Positions 8,268-18,877 of a stretch of 64,000 nucleotides of DNA are shown here, in pieces; the first letter of the stretch is position 1; each line of letters starts with the position of its first letter. The translations under genes were made by a program, and so were the position numbers. This stretch comes from Patescibacteria group bacterium (GTDB lineage: Bacteria > Patescibacteriota > Microgenomatia > Levybacterales > UBA12049), in assembly GCA_038062115.1 (NCBI GenBank), contig JBBTXS010000012.1, positions 23,141 through 87,140 on the forward strand, given 5' to 3'. The notes under the pieces are model-generated. The model searched no databases. It saw only the letters and a list, made by a program, of their open reading frames with translations, and was not told the origin of the DNA.

Positions 8268-8606
8268 ATGACAATCAAGCGAATTAGCTATCCAAATGGA
8301 AAAGCCCTTCCTCTTGATGTCCCTGCAGCAGTAAGCTTAGGTCAATTCGTACTGAAAGATCGTAATCTAGCAAGAGATGTACCAGAAGGAGAGTGTGATA
8401 TAACACCAGCAGGATTAACAAAAGATGTCTATGGTTATTCTTTGAAAGTCAATGAGGACGGTTCTGGAGTTTTAGAAATGACAGTAAAAGATACAGACGA
8501 TGCAAGAGAAGCAAGAAAAGTTCGCCCAACTGAGGATCGAACTATTAGAATTCCACAAGACAAACCATCATTTGCCTTAGTAGGACCAAAAAAAGATAAT
8601 CCTTAA
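8268..8606 (+). CDS. Hypothetical protein
   Basis: ORF with TATAAT 7 nt before this ATG. No recognised motif. Confidence 0.6.
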   Translation: MTIKRISYPNGKALPLDVPAAVSLGQFVLKDRNLARDVPEGECDITPAGLTKDVYGYSLKVNEDGSGVLEMTVKDTDDAREARKVRPTEDRTIRIPQDKPSFALVGPKKDNP

Positions 8607-8746
8607 ATTCATGTATTTGAAGTACTTTACCATGAACCAGGAAGAAGTCCACGAAGATATAGAGAGCGATAATATTCGTTACCTAGAAGACTTTAACAAA
8701 GCCAATCAATACCGAGTGTTAATAATTTATTCATCCACGCAACTAA

Positions 8747-9706
8747 TTACAGCAGATTCTCGAACTCGTTTTTTAAGATGTCCAGGCTTTTTTGATCGTA
8801 AATCGAAGAACTGATGACTTTCTTTCCTTTTTTCTTCAGAATCTTTATGTTGTTTTTGATTGTCTTTTCATCTGCAAGATCGGATTTTGTAAGTAGTATT
8901 ATTTCAGGTTTGTCTAGCAATGAGATATTATATTGCGCAAATTCATGGCGGACAGTTTCGTATGCTTTTTCCGCATTTTCATCTGTAGCGTCTATGCAAT
9001 GAACTAAAACTTTCGTTTTTTCAATATGCTTTAAAAATGCAATTCCCAAGCCACGCCCCTTTGATGCTCCTTCAATAAGTCCTGGAATATCTGCAATTGG
9101 ATAATTTCCCAACATTCCAATATTCGGCTCAAGCGTGGTAAAAGGATAATCACCAATTTTTGGCCTCGCATTTGTCAAAACAGAAAGAAGACTGCTTTTT
9201 CCGGAATTTGGCAACCCAATCAGTCCGACGTCTGCGATTAGCCGAAGTTCGAGAAGTAATTTTTTTTCTTCACCCAATGTGCCCTTCTCAGCATAGCGCG
9301 GAGTCTGATTGGTAGCAGACTTAAATTCGGTATTGCCCCGCCCGCCTTTTCCGCCCATTGCCAAAAGAATGCGAGTAGTAGTGTCTGTTATTTCAATCAC
9401 ACTTCCTAGAGCAGTATCAGTGATTCGTGTACCAAGAGGTAAATAAATGGTTAAATGAGGTGCGTTTTTCCCAAACAATTTTTTGTGTTTGCCGGAGGTG
9501 CCATCTTCTGCAATAATTTTTTTCTGAAAGCGGAATTGCCGAAGATCATTGATATTAGTTGATCCCTGAAAATATATATTTCCTCCGTTTCCGCCATTGC
9601 CCCCATCTGGTCCGCCTTTGGCTGTAAGAGCGTTTCGCAAAAAAGTTGCTGCACCATCGCCACCCTTGCCCGCTTTAATATGTAAGGTAATATTGTCTAC
9701 TAACAT
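8747..9706 (-). CDS. obgE: GTPase ObgE/CgtA
   Basis: GGPDGGNGGNGG Obg domain, GLPNSGKS, YPFTT, DIPG, TKSD. Confidence 0.97.
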   Translation of the reverse strand: MLVDNITLHIKAGKGGDGAATFLRNALTAKGGPDGGNGGNGGNIYFQGSTNINDLRQFRFQKKIIAEDGTSGKHKKLFGKNAPHLTIYLPLGTRITDTALGSVIEITDTTTRILLAMGGKGGRGNTEFKSATNQTPRYAEKGTLGEEKKLLLELRLIADVGLIGLPNSGKSSLLSVLTNARPKIGDYPFTTLEPNIGMLGNYPIADIPGLIEGASKGRGLGIAFLKHIEKTKVLVHCIDATDENAEKAYETVRHEFAQYNISLLDKPEIILLTKSDLADEKTIKNNIKILKKKGKKVISSSIYDQKSLDILKNEFENLL

Positions 9707-9787
9707 GTTGTAGGCATTGTACCATTTTTCGGTGGTACGACTTTTTGTTGCAATGACTTAGATTTTTTGGTAGCATTTAAAACACCT

Positions 9788-10192
9788 ATGAAGACAATCG
9801 TAAGAAATATTGGCATTTATTCTTTTTCTCTTTTTATCTTAACGCAAGTATTAAGTGGCATAAAAGTATCAGGAGGAGTAACGACCTATATCATCGCAGG
9901 AGTAGTGCTGTCAATTATGTTTTTAATAATAAAACCAATTCTTAGCATTATTACTTTACCTCTAAATATTATTACTCTAGGTTTATTTTCTTTTTTGATA
10001 AATGCAATTATTCTTTATCTTCTTACAGTCTTAGTTAAAGGCATTTCCGTGAGCCACTTTGTATTTAAGGGTTTTTCTTTTGCGGGGTTTGTAGTTCCAA
10101 GTGTAACTCTTAATACTTTCTTTGCCTTTATTATTGCATCGCTATTTCTTTCTATTTTTGTTGGATTTTTAACATGGTTGATAAAAAAATAG
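9788..10192 (+). CDS. YvlD-like 4-TM 'phage holin family' membrane protein
   Basis: KPIL..ITLPLNIITLGLF.FLINA; adjacent to yvcK. Confidence 0.85.
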   Translation: MKTIVRNIGIYSFSLFILTQVLSGIKVSGGVTTYIIAGVVLSIMFLIIKPILSIITLPLNIITLGLFSFLINAIILYLLTVLVKGISVSHFVFKGFSFAGFVVPSVTLNTFFAFIIASLFLSIFVGFLTWLIKK

Positions 10193-11130
10193 TCTGTCTT
10201 GGAGGAGGCATTGGGACGGTAAATTTAATAATAGGATTGAAAAAATATTTTAGCGATATTACCGTTATTGTTTCTATGGCAGATGACGGTGGGTCTTCGG
10301 GGCGGCTCAGGAGACTTTATAATATCGCGCCTCCCGGTGATTTAGTTTCCTGTATGGCAACGCTTGCTAAGACCGATGATTCATATTTAACAAAGATACT
10401 CACTTATAGATTTGCTGGAGAAAGATATGGTAGGGACGAAGAAATAGGAGGACAAAAACTAGGTAATCTTATAATGGTTGCTATGCGAGATATCACTGGA
10501 AGTTTTGATAAAGCTATAGCGTTATTTCAGAAGACTTTTAACGTTAAAGGAGACTTTTTTCCAGCCACAACTGGGAATGTTACAATTTCTGCAAAAACAA
10601 TAGAGGGGAAAAGAATATTTGGAGAAGAAAAAATTGATATGGGTAGATATGCAGGCAAAAGAATTTTAGAAAAAGTTTTCTTAGAACCTGCTAATGCAAA
10701 AACTAGTTCAAAAGTCTTAAAAAGCATTAAAGAAGCAGACGCTATTATTGCAGGTCCTGGAGACTTATATACAACAATTTTGCCTGTTCTGATAGTAAAA
10801 GATATAAAAGAAGAGTTAAAAAAGAGTAAGGCTTTAAAAATCTTTCTAGTGAATGTTGCTAACAAGCCGTTTGAGACCAAAGGATACAGTGTTAATGATT
10901 ATATTACAGCTCTTAAAAGACACTTAGGGTCTTTTCCTTTTGATAAGATAATCGCAAACAGTAATTTTAGCGTCGGAATTCCCAAAAAATATAAATATCA
11001 GTATGTGGCTCTTACAGCACCTAAAAAACTAAATGGCGTTAAACTTATAACAAGCGACATAGTGAATGAGAATTTTCCTCTATATCATAATTCTTCTAAA
11101 CTTGCAAAAACGATAATAGAAAATATATAA
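10174..11130 (+). CDS. yvcK: YvcK/CofD-like UDP-sugar-binding protein
   Basis: LGGGIG, MADDGGSSGRLR, PPGD, GPGDLYT. Confidence 0.9.
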   Translation: MVDKKIVCLGGGIGTVNLIIGLKKYFSDITVIVSMADDGGSSGRLRRLYNIAPPGDLVSCMATLAKTDDSYLTKILTYRFAGERYGRDEEIGGQKLGNLIMVAMRDITGSFDKAIALFQKTFNVKGDFFPATTGNVTISAKTIEGKRIFGEEKIDMGRYAGKRILEKVFLEPANAKTSSKVLKSIKEADAIIAGPGDLYTTILPVLIVKDIKEELKKSKALKIFLVNVANKPFETKGYSVNDYITALKRHLGSFPFDKIIANSNFSVGIPKKYKYQYVALTAPKKLNGVKLITSDIVNENFPLYHNSSKLAKTIIENI

Positions 11131-11139
11131 TATGCTTAC

Positions 11140-11355
11140 ATGCTTCTTAATATACTAGAAATTATTGTTGCTGTATTTCTTATTATTGTGATTCTTTTGC
11201 AGGTACAAGGAGGTGGATTGTCTGGAGCATTTGGCGCAGGTAAGGGAGAATTTTATCGAAGTAAAAGAAGTTTTGAAAAACTACTAGTTTGGATAACTAT
11301 TATCCTCTCGGCTTTATTTGGTGTTTTGTCGATTGTCCTTCTAATTCCTCGTTAG
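11140..11355 (+). CDS. secG: Preprotein translocase SecG
   Basis: ILLQ..GGGLSGAFG between two TM helices. Confidence 0.92.
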   Translation: MLLNILEIIVAVFLIIVILLQVQGGGLSGAFGAGKGEFYRSKRSFEKLLVWITIILSALFGVLSIVLLIPR

Positions 11356-11362
11356 AGAATAT

Positions 11363-12718
11363 ATGATTACCATAAGACGTCGCCTAATCATTTGGCTTAT
11401 AAGAGCATATATTAGGAAAATGGGCAAAACGATCCTTATTTATTTTGCAGTTGGACTGTTGGTATTTTTTGTACTTCGCTTGTCTTTTAAACACATTCTT
11501 CCTAAATATCACTCTTATCAGAAAGAAACTATAGGTGTAGTTGGAGCTTACACAACCGATGATTTGCCTCCAAGTATTTTATATAAAATTTCCAGAGGAC
11601 TAACAACTATTGCCCAAGATGGGACTGTAAAACCAGACGTTGCTAGATATTGGAAACTAGAAAATGATGGTAAAACTTATATTTTTTACCTAAAAACCAA
11701 TATTTATTTTAGCGATGGTAAAGAACTAACTTCTGACCTTATCCATTACGATTTCTCCGACGTAATTACAGATCGGCCAGACAAATATACAATTATATTT
11801 AAATTAAAAGGAACATATTCTCCTTTTTTAGTCACAGTTGCAAGGCCTATTTTTAAAAAAGGCTTTATTGGATTAGGAGGTTATAAAATTAAAAATATAG
11901 AATTAAATGGAAATTTTGTCAAATCAATGGAATTAGTTTCTACCAATAACAAAAAGAGTTTGATTTATGAGTTTTATCCAACTGTTGCTTCGTCAAAAAC
12001 TGCTTTTGTTCTTTCGGACGTATCAAAGATTATTGACATGCCAGATGTAAACTTTAAAAAAACTTCTTTTTACAACTTTAAAAATGCTAACGTTAGTAAA
12101 AACATAAATTATAAACAGTTGGTTACACTATTTTACAATACAGAAGACAAAAACCTTTCTTCCAAAACCTTAAGAGAAGCTCTGTACTATACGATTCCTA
12201 ATCATTTTGATGAGGGCTTGAGGCATTTTGGTCCTTTCTCTCCTTTTTCTTTTGCGGTACAGGAGGGGTTGTACACATATCAACAAGACATATCACATGC
12301 ACAGCTACTTCTTGATAAATTTAAAAATGCAAGCCTTGGTGCAAAGCTTTCTTTAACAATAGATACTCTACCTCAATATAATGGTGTTGCCGAAACAATT
12401 TCAAAAATCTGGAACAGTCTTGAAATAGAAACTAGGATACAAATTACGGATAAGGTGCCTTCAAATTTCCAAGTTTTTCTTGGAGAATTTAGCCTGCCGC
12501 CAGATCCAGACCAATATGTTTTGTGGCATTCAGATCAAATAAACAATATTACACATTATAGTAATCTTCGCATAGATAAGTTATTGGAAGATGGAAGACA
12601 AACAAATGATATCGAAAAACGTAAAAAAATTTATGCTGATTTTCAAAAATACATTTTGTCCGATCCGCCAGCATCGTTCTTGTTTTTCCCATACACCTAT
12701 GACGTTGCCAGAAAATAG
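11363..12718 (+). CDS. ABC transporter substrate-binding protein, family 5
   Basis: GLT...DG..KPDVA, FSDGKELTS, DPDQYVLWHS, IDKLLEDGR. Confidence 0.85.
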   Translation: MITIRRRLIIWLIRAYIRKMGKTILIYFAVGLLVFFVLRLSFKHILPKYHSYQKETIGVVGAYTTDDLPPSILYKISRGLTTIAQDGTVKPDVARYWKLENDGKTYIFYLKTNIYFSDGKELTSDLIHYDFSDVITDRPDKYTIIFKLKGTYSPFLVTVARPIFKKGFIGLGGYKIKNIELNGNFVKSMELVSTNNKKSLIYEFYPTVASSKTAFVLSDVSKIIDMPDVNFKKTSFYNFKNANVSKNINYKQLVTLFYNTEDKNLSSKTLREALYYTIPNHFDEGLRHFGPFSPFSFAVQEGLYTYQQDISHAQLLLDKFKNASLGAKLSLTIDTLPQYNGVAETISKIWNSLEIETRIQITDKVPSNFQVFLGEFSLPPDPDQYVLWHSDQINNITHYSNLRIDKLLEDGRQTNDIEKRKKIYADFQKYILSDPPASFLFFPYTYDVARK

Positions 12719-12721
12719 ACA

Positions 12722-14107
12722 TTATTTGTATAGAATATTTGATCTCAACTTGCGGTGATAGAAAATTGCAAATCTGTGAGCTTCGTCGCGGATTCGCTGT
12801 GTAAGATGGAGGACTGGCGAGTCCTTTGGAAGGAAAATTTCGACAAAGCTTGCTCTGTCGTCATTCTGAGGAGCGTTAACGACTCCAGAATCTCTCCTTT
12901 CAGTGTAATTAAAGGAGACTCTGGACGCGCTCGTTCCTCGCTTGCCAGAATGACGGTTTAAGCTTAGGGGAATAATAATTGTCTCCTCCCTTTTTGCAAG
13001 TCCTATAACTGGAATTTGCATACCCTTTTCTTTTAAAGCCATAAGAGCAGAGGATACTTGACCTTTTCCCCCATCAACTATTATTAAATCGGGCATTGGC
13101 CATTCTTTGTGATTGAGCCTTCGTCCTATAACTTCTTTAATCATTGCAAAATCGTTTGGAACAGGATAAAAATTTTTAATTTTAAACCTTCTATATAAAG
13201 ATGAATCTTTGTCTCCATTAATAAAAACTACCATAGATCCAGTAGCAGATTTTCCTTGGATATTAGATATATCGTAGCATTCTATTCTTTCTAATTTTTC
13301 AGCATGTATTCCATTTTGGGAGAGTAAGCATCGTAGACTAGACAACTGATTATCTAGTGTGTCTTGAGTTAAGTTTGGGTTAACTTTATGATCAAATTGA
13401 TTGTAGGCTGGATTTGTAATTAGTTTTATGGCATCTAGTTTTTTTTGAATTAGAGCTGCTTTTTCAAATTCTTCAAGTTTACTTAAATTATCTCTTTCTT
13501 TTTTAAGATCTTTAACAACTTTTTTTGTTTTGCCATTTAAGAAAGTAATAAGATGATTAATGTTTGATCTATATTCCTTATTGCCAACAACCTCTGGACA
13601 TGGGCAAAGTCCTAAATGGTAGTATAGGCAAAGCTTTTTTTGGTGATTTATGGTGGATTGAAACGGAAAAATTTTTCGTACAGTTTTTAAGACTAAGCGT
13701 AATGCCTGAGCGTTTGGAAATGGGCCAAAATATATAGATTTTTTGTCCTGAGCTTTCCTTGCAATTAAAACTTTAGGATATTTATCTACAGTAATTCGTA
13801 TAAGGGGATATGCTTTTCCATCAGTAAGCCGTACATTATATTTTGGCTTATATTTTTTAATGTAATTTGCTTCTAACAATAGTGCTTCTATTTCTGAGGC
13901 AACTGAAATTGTTTTTATTTTTTTGATCTTTGAAATCAAAATTTTTGTCTTTGGGCTAAGCAAGTTTAGATTAGTAAAATAAGAACTAACCCGCTTTTTA
14001 AGACTTTTTGCTTTTCCAACGTACAAGACTTCATTGTTTTGGTTTAAAAATAGATATACCCCAGGCCCTTGGGATAATGATCGATAAAAGTATGCTGATA
14101 GTAACAA
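12722..14107 (-). CDS. uvrC: Excinuclease UvrC (no C-terminal HhH) with in-frame palindrome insert
   Basis: GIY-YIG PGVYLF/YVGKAKSL, ECYDISN, DGGKGQ, RIRDEAHRFA. Confidence 0.93.
   Translation of the reverse strand: MLLSAYFYRSLSQGPGVYLFLNQNNEVLYVGKAKSLKKRVSSYFTNLNLLSPKTKILISKIKKIKTISVASEIEALLLEANYIKKYKPKYNVRLTDGKAYPLIRITVDKYPKVLIARKAQDKKSIYFGPFPNAQALRLVLKTVRKIFPFQSTINHQKKLCLYYHLGLCPCPEVVGNKEYRSNINHLITFLNGKTKKVVKDLKKERDNLSKLEEFEKAALIQKKLDAIKLITNPAYNQFDHKVNPNLTQDTLDNQLSSLRCLLSQNGIHAEKLERIECYDISNIQGKSATGSMVVFINGDKDSSLYRRFKIKNFYPVPNDFAMIKEVIGRRLNHKEWPMPDLIIVDGGKGQVSSALMALKEKGMQIPVIGLAKREETIIIPLSLNRHSGKRGTSASRVSFNYTERRDSGVVNAPQNDDRASFVEIFLPKDSPVLHLTQRIRDEAHRFAIFYHRKLRSNILYK
12859..12955. repeat. 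CGTCATT...AATGACG palindromic repeat inside uvrC
   Basis: Terminal CGTCATTCTG/CAGAATGACG. Encodes RHSGKRGTSASRVSFNYTERRDSGVVNAPQND. Confidence 0.9.
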
Positions 14108-15854
14108 TTAATATCCCTCCTATAATTCGTAAATCTAAAAATAAAGGGTAAACTTTTATATTTTTAGAAATAGATTGATTATCAAGATGTATTGTAAGCA
14201 CATCTGTTTTGTTTGTCAAAATTGGAGTTTTGTTAAAGGCAATAGGTATTGTTAAAGATCCAAAAGGTGGTATTTTGTCAAGATTAATTTTTTGATAGGA
14301 AGGAGAAAGATGTTTTGTAGTAATAATTGCGGTTTGGGGATTTGCTACTCGTTTTCCAATATTTTTAATAACTATATTACCTTTTATTGGAAGATTAGAA
14401 AAATAGCCTTTATAAAAAGTATCCGAAATTGAAAGCATTGAACCTGCTTCTTCAAAATTACTAGAAAATTTTACATCAACATCTTTGGTTGTTGTGTCTT
14501 CTGGCAACTTATATCCTCCTGCAGAAACTGGATATTGGCTGTCTATGCCTTTTATTACAAAAGCGAAATGGTCAAAGTCAAGAGTTTGGAAATAATCTAC
14601 TCCTCCTGTTGTGTTTCCCCAAGTAGGATCAATCATTACCCATGTTTTGAGAGTGTAATCGTAATACTCTGGCCATGCGTGTAAGACGTCTTTTACAAGC
14701 GATAGCGGTCTTTCTTTAGAATTTTGAGTATAGGCAAAACCATTTACTTCTCTTGCTGGAACTCCTAAAGATCGGGCAAGTGCAATAAATAAGTCTGTAA
14801 ACTCAAGACAAACCGCGGAAGATGGATTTTTTAGTGTGTCGAGTGCTCCTAGTCTTTTTTTGCCATCTGTTACTCTTGTAAGATCATATTTTAGGTTCTT
14901 AACTAAATATTCATAAATAGCATGAGGTGTTTTTAATGTGTTTGCTAAGTTTTTAATATCTTCATTTGATGTTTGCCAATAAGGCTGCTCTTTAAGGTAA
15001 ACTTTTAGTAGATCTTTGGAAGTAACTTCTTCCTTTGGAGTAAGAGATATTTTTGCTTTCCCAATTACTTTTATATTAACTTTTTGAGAAGGAGAAAGTA
15101 CATATTGCGCAAGCCAATTGCCATCTTTATCTGCTACAACTTCTATAGGTTTGGGGGTTATGTCCAGAATTTGTATTTCTTGGTAGTTGGTGGTGGGAGG
15201 GATGGCTATTTCGGTTTTTATTGGAAATAGATTTCTATTCGCAAGGTGATATAAAAGACTAAATTCGTAGATTTGCTCTTTGCCATATGCAATTGATATT
15301 CCAGATTTTCCAAGTTGGTCTTTAGAAAAGACTAAGTTGTCTGTCTCCAAACCTTTTATACTCGGCTTTATATAAACTGGATTTTTTAGAAAACTTGGAA
15401 CCTTAACGCTGACATTAAAGGAATTAAAATCGTTTTGACTGGCCAAGCCAGGAATATCGATTTGCCAAATTTTTCCATTTTTTTGAGCTACGTCTATGGT
15501 ATCAAAAGACAATCTAAAATTGAGTTTATTATCAATTCCAACCACCTTTTTATTAAAAGTTAAGGCAATACTTCTGCCGTCATCATTTTCGTTAATAGTA
15601 GGCGTTATTGGTCCATCGGGATCGTTGGCAGTAAGGTTGTCTATATTTTCAAAACCAATTTGGATATTATAGGATGAAGCATAATATTGGCTGGTTTTGT
15701 TAGTTAAGGTAATATCAAAAACTACATGCGTTTTGGCATCGTCTCCTACTGTATAAATAACATTGTAGTCAGTTGCAAAATTAGAAGAAGCAAAAGCAGG
15801 AGGTGTAACAAAAAGGATAAGAAGGAAAATTAGACAGAATATTATTTTTTTCAT
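14031..15854 (-). CDS. Secreted, membrane-anchored transglutaminase-like domain protein
   Basis: Signal peptide; AVCLEFTDLF, HAWPEYY, DPTW (Cys-His-Asp); C-terminal TM. Confidence 0.88.
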   Translation of the reverse strand: MKKIIFCLIFLLILFVTPPAFASSNFATDYNVIYTVGDDAKTHVVFDITLTNKTSQYYASSYNIQIGFENIDNLTANDPDGPITPTINENDDGRSIALTFNKKVVGIDNKLNFRLSFDTIDVAQKNGKIWQIDIPGLASQNDFNSFNVSVKVPSFLKNPVYIKPSIKGLETDNLVFSKDQLGKSGISIAYGKEQIYEFSLLYHLANRNLFPIKTEIAIPPTTNYQEIQILDITPKPIEVVADKDGNWLAQYVLSPSQKVNIKVIGKAKISLTPKEEVTSKDLLKVYLKEQPYWQTSNEDIKNLANTLKTPHAIYEYLVKNLKYDLTRVTDGKKRLGALDTLKNPSSAVCLEFTDLFIALARSLGVPAREVNGFAYTQNSKERPLSLVKDVLHAWPEYYDYTLKTWVMIDPTWGNTTGGVDYFQTLDFDHFAFVIKGIDSQYPVSAGGYKLPEDTTTKDVDVKFSSNFEEAGSMLSISDTFYKGYFSNLPIKGNIVIKNIGKRVANPQTAIITTKHLSPSYQKINLDKIPPFGSLTIPIAFNKTPILTNKTDVLTIHLDNQSISKNIKVYPLFLDLRIIGGILIVTISILLSIIIPRAWGISIFKPKQ

Positions 15855-15924
15855 TCCATGTCTATCTTATCACAAAAGCCCTCGTTTGCCTGACCGTACA
15901 TGAGTCATACTCACTACATTTTTG

Positions 15925-18804
15925 CTATAATACTTTTCTCAAAAACTGGCCTGTATAAGAGCCTTTGTTTTGAGCAATTTCCCAAGGTGTTCCAATAGCA
16001 ACTACTTTCCCACCTTTTTCTCCCCCATCAGGTCCTAAGTCTATTATAAAATCTCCGTTTTTAATTACATCTAAATTATGTTCTATTACAATAACTGTGT
16101 TGCCAGAATCAACTAAGCGCCTAAGCACCATTAGCAGTTTTTCAAGATCGGCGAAATGTAAGCCTGTGGTTGGTTCATCAAGCAAATACAATGAACCTTG
16201 TCCTCTTTTGGATAATTCATGTGAAAGTTTTACTCTTTGAGCCTCTCCTCCAGATAAAGTTGGTGCTGGTTGGCCTAATTTTATGTAAGAGAGCCCTACA
16301 TCATTGAGCGTTTGTAATTTGTGAGAAAGAGCAGCGTAAAATGAGAAAAATTGCAAAGCCTCTTGTACGCTCATACCAAGAATTTCTGCTATGTTTTTCC
16401 CCTTAAATAAAACCTCCAACGCTTCCCTATTGTATTGTAGTCCGTTGCATTCCTCACAAGTTATATAAACATCTGGTAAAAATTGCATCTCGATTTTTAT
16501 TTGCCCTTCTCCTTCACACGTCTCACATCTCCCACCTTTTACATTAAAAGAAAACCTTCCTGGTTTATAACCCTTTGCTCTTGCTTCTTTTGTTTGAGCA
16601 AAGAGATCGCGAATATAAGTAAATGCGCCAGTATAGGTTGCTGGGTTACTTCTTGGTGTTCTACCAATAGGAGATTGATCGATTAAATAAACCCTTCTTA
16701 TATTTTCGTATCCAACAAGCGCTTCATGAATTCCAGGTGTCTGCCTATGATATGGATTTTGTAATTGCATTAGGGCATGATATAAGATATCATTTATTAA
16801 AGTTGATTTTCCCGATCCTGAAACTCCAGTTACTACTACAAATTTATTTAGAGGGAAGCTTACGTCTATATTTTTTAAGTTGTGCTCCTTTGCTCCTTTT
16901 ACAAGGATACTCTTTGTGTAAAGAGTATCCTTGTTGTTATCTTTAATTATTTTTATTTCTCTTTTTCCAGACAAATACTGTCCAGTGAGTGAATTTGGGT
17001 CTTTTTTTATATCCTCAATAGTTCCCTTGGCAACAATTTTCCCACCATTAAAACCCGCGCCCGGTCCAAAATCTATTAAAAAGTCTGCCTGTTCCATTGT
17101 TTCCTTATCGTGTTCGACAACCAAGACTGTATTCCCAAGGTCCCTTAACTTCTTGAGAGTCTCAATTAGCTTTTTATTATCTTTTTGGTGGAGCCCAATT
17201 GATGGCTCGTCCAAAACATAAAGTACTCCAGTTAAGCCACTTCCTATTTGGCTGGCTAGGCGAATTCTTTGTGCTTCTCCTCCTGCAAGAGTTTGTGCGC
17301 CTCGTCCCAAAGTAAGATAATCAAGGCCAACATCTATTAAAAACGAAAGTCTAAGTTTTATTTCTTTAACAATAACTTTACTTATTTCACTTTCCCGAAA
17401 ACTTAAAATATTTTGAATATTATTTATAAACTTTAGGCAATCAATAATAGACATATTAGATACGTCAGCTATCGATTTGTTATTTATGGTAACTGCCAGT
17501 GCTTCTTTTTTGAGTCGATTACCACTACAAGAGTCGCATATTTCGTAGCGCATAAATCTCTCTATTCTTGTTTTTAAAAACATTGATTCTGTTGTACTAT
17601 GCCTTTGCTTTAGCTCCCAAAGTATTCCGCGAAACTGTTCGTAAATTTCTGTTTGTCTTCCCCACCTGTTGTTTCCAATCACACGATATTTTTTGTCTCC
17701 AGTTCCTTCTAGCAATAAATCTTTTTTTGAGTTACTGATTTCAGATAGTCTAATGTTAATCGGGATATCATTCTCTTTGCAGAAAGCAATAAAAGTTCTT
17801 GAGAACCAAGTATCGTTTTCAAAAAGATTGGAAAAAGGCAGAATTCCTCCTTCGGAAATTGTGAGGTTGTTGTTAAAGACTAAATCTTTATCAACTGTTA
17901 ATATAGTTCCTAGTCCATTACATCTTGGACACGCGCCGTGGGGCGTATTGAAAGAAAATAGACGAGGTTCAATTTCTGCAATAGATATGCCGCAAACCGG
18001 ACAAGCAAACTTTTCCGAAAAAAACTCGTCTTGCATTTTTTTGGGTTTTTGAGGCATAGAAAATCCTAGATCTTTAATAATCGATACTAGCAACTCCCCA
18101 TTACCAAACCTAAGTCCAGTTTCTACATCTTGGGAAATTCTTGATTTGTCGGTTTCGTTAGATAAAACGATCTCGTCTATCACAAGTTCGATTGTGTGTT
18201 TGTTTGTTTTTATAAGAACAAAATCTTCGTTTAAAGAAAAAATTTCTTTATCTATTCTTACTTTTTTGTATCCACGTTTTTTTAGATCAAAAAAAAGTTC
18301 CAAATATTCACCTTTTCTGTCTTTCACAATAGGAGCTAATATTAAAATTTTTATTTTTTGTACAGAAGAAGTTTTTAAAAGACCAAAAATAGAACTTGTT
18401 ATTTGTTCTTTGGATTGATGAGATATTTCCCTATTACAATTTGGGCAATGGGGATGACCTACTCTTGCAAACAAGAGCCTAAAATAATCATAAATTTCTG
18501 TAACAGTACCAACAGTGCTTCTTGGATTATGAGAAGTTGACTTTTGATCAATTGATATTGCTGGAGAAAGGCCTTCGATTAAATCAACATCGGGTTTTTT
18601 CATTACCCCTAAGAATTGTCTTGCATACGAAGACAAGCTTTCGACGTAGCGCCTCTGTCCTTCGGCATAAATTGTGTCAAAGGCAAGAGAAGACTTGCCG
18701 CTCCCAGATAAACCAGTAAAAACTACAAGTTTATTTTTGGGAATTTCAAGATTGATGTTTTTTAAATTATGCTCTCGTGCGCCTCTAATGACGATACTAT
18801 CCAT
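15925..18804 (-). CDS. uvrA: Excinuclease UvrA
   Basis: Two Walker A motifs (GLSGSGKS, GVSGSGKS), LSGGEAQR, Zn fingers. Confidence 0.98.
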   Translation of the reverse strand: MDSIVIRGAREHNLKNINLEIPKNKLVVFTGLSGSGKSSLAFDTIYAEGQRRYVESLSSYARQFLGVMKKPDVDLIEGLSPAISIDQKSTSHNPRSTVGTVTEIYDYFRLLFARVGHPHCPNCNREISHQSKEQITSSIFGLLKTSSVQKIKILILAPIVKDRKGEYLELFFDLKKRGYKKVRIDKEIFSLNEDFVLIKTNKHTIELVIDEIVLSNETDKSRISQDVETGLRFGNGELLVSIIKDLGFSMPQKPKKMQDEFFSEKFACPVCGISIAEIEPRLFSFNTPHGACPRCNGLGTILTVDKDLVFNNNLTISEGGILPFSNLFENDTWFSRTFIAFCKENDIPINIRLSEISNSKKDLLLEGTGDKKYRVIGNNRWGRQTEIYEQFRGILWELKQRHSTTESMFLKTRIERFMRYEICDSCSGNRLKKEALAVTINNKSIADVSNMSIIDCLKFINNIQNILSFRESEISKVIVKEIKLRLSFLIDVGLDYLTLGRGAQTLAGGEAQRIRLASQIGSGLTGVLYVLDEPSIGLHQKDNKKLIETLKKLRDLGNTVLVVEHDKETMEQADFLIDFGPGAGFNGGKIVAKGTIEDIKKDPNSLTGQYLSGKREIKIIKDNNKDTLYTKSILVKGAKEHNLKNIDVSFPLNKFVVVTGVSGSGKSTLINDILYHALMQLQNPYHRQTPGIHEALVGYENIRRVYLIDQSPIGRTPRSNPATYTGAFTYIRDLFAQTKEARAKGYKPGRFSFNVKGGRCETCEGEGQIKIEMQFLPDVYITCEECNGLQYNREALEVLFKGKNIAEILGMSVQEALQFFSFYAALSHKLQTLNDVGLSYIKLGQPAPTLSGGEAQRVKLSHELSKRGQGSLYLLDEPTTGLHFADLEKLLMVLRRLVDSGNTVIVIEHNLDVIKNGDFIIDLGPDGGEKGGKVVAIGTPWEIAQNKGSYTGQFLRKVL

Positions 18805-18877
18805 ATTTAATGACCTTCTATTATATGTAATTTTTTGCTACTTGACAAATATAGTTTTTAGTGGCTATCATAGATTT

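Noticed and set aside
8611-8814. 67-aa ORF
   Set aside because: Overlaps the obgE 3' end and has no motif; cannot be supported.
12859-12955. In-frame inserts as inteins or self-splicing introns
   Set aside because: Too short, no intein terminal motifs or group I/II cores, and they match intergenic repeats.
16483-18719. Short antisense ORFs within uvrA and other long genes
   Set aside because: Expected shadow ORFs with no independent evidence.
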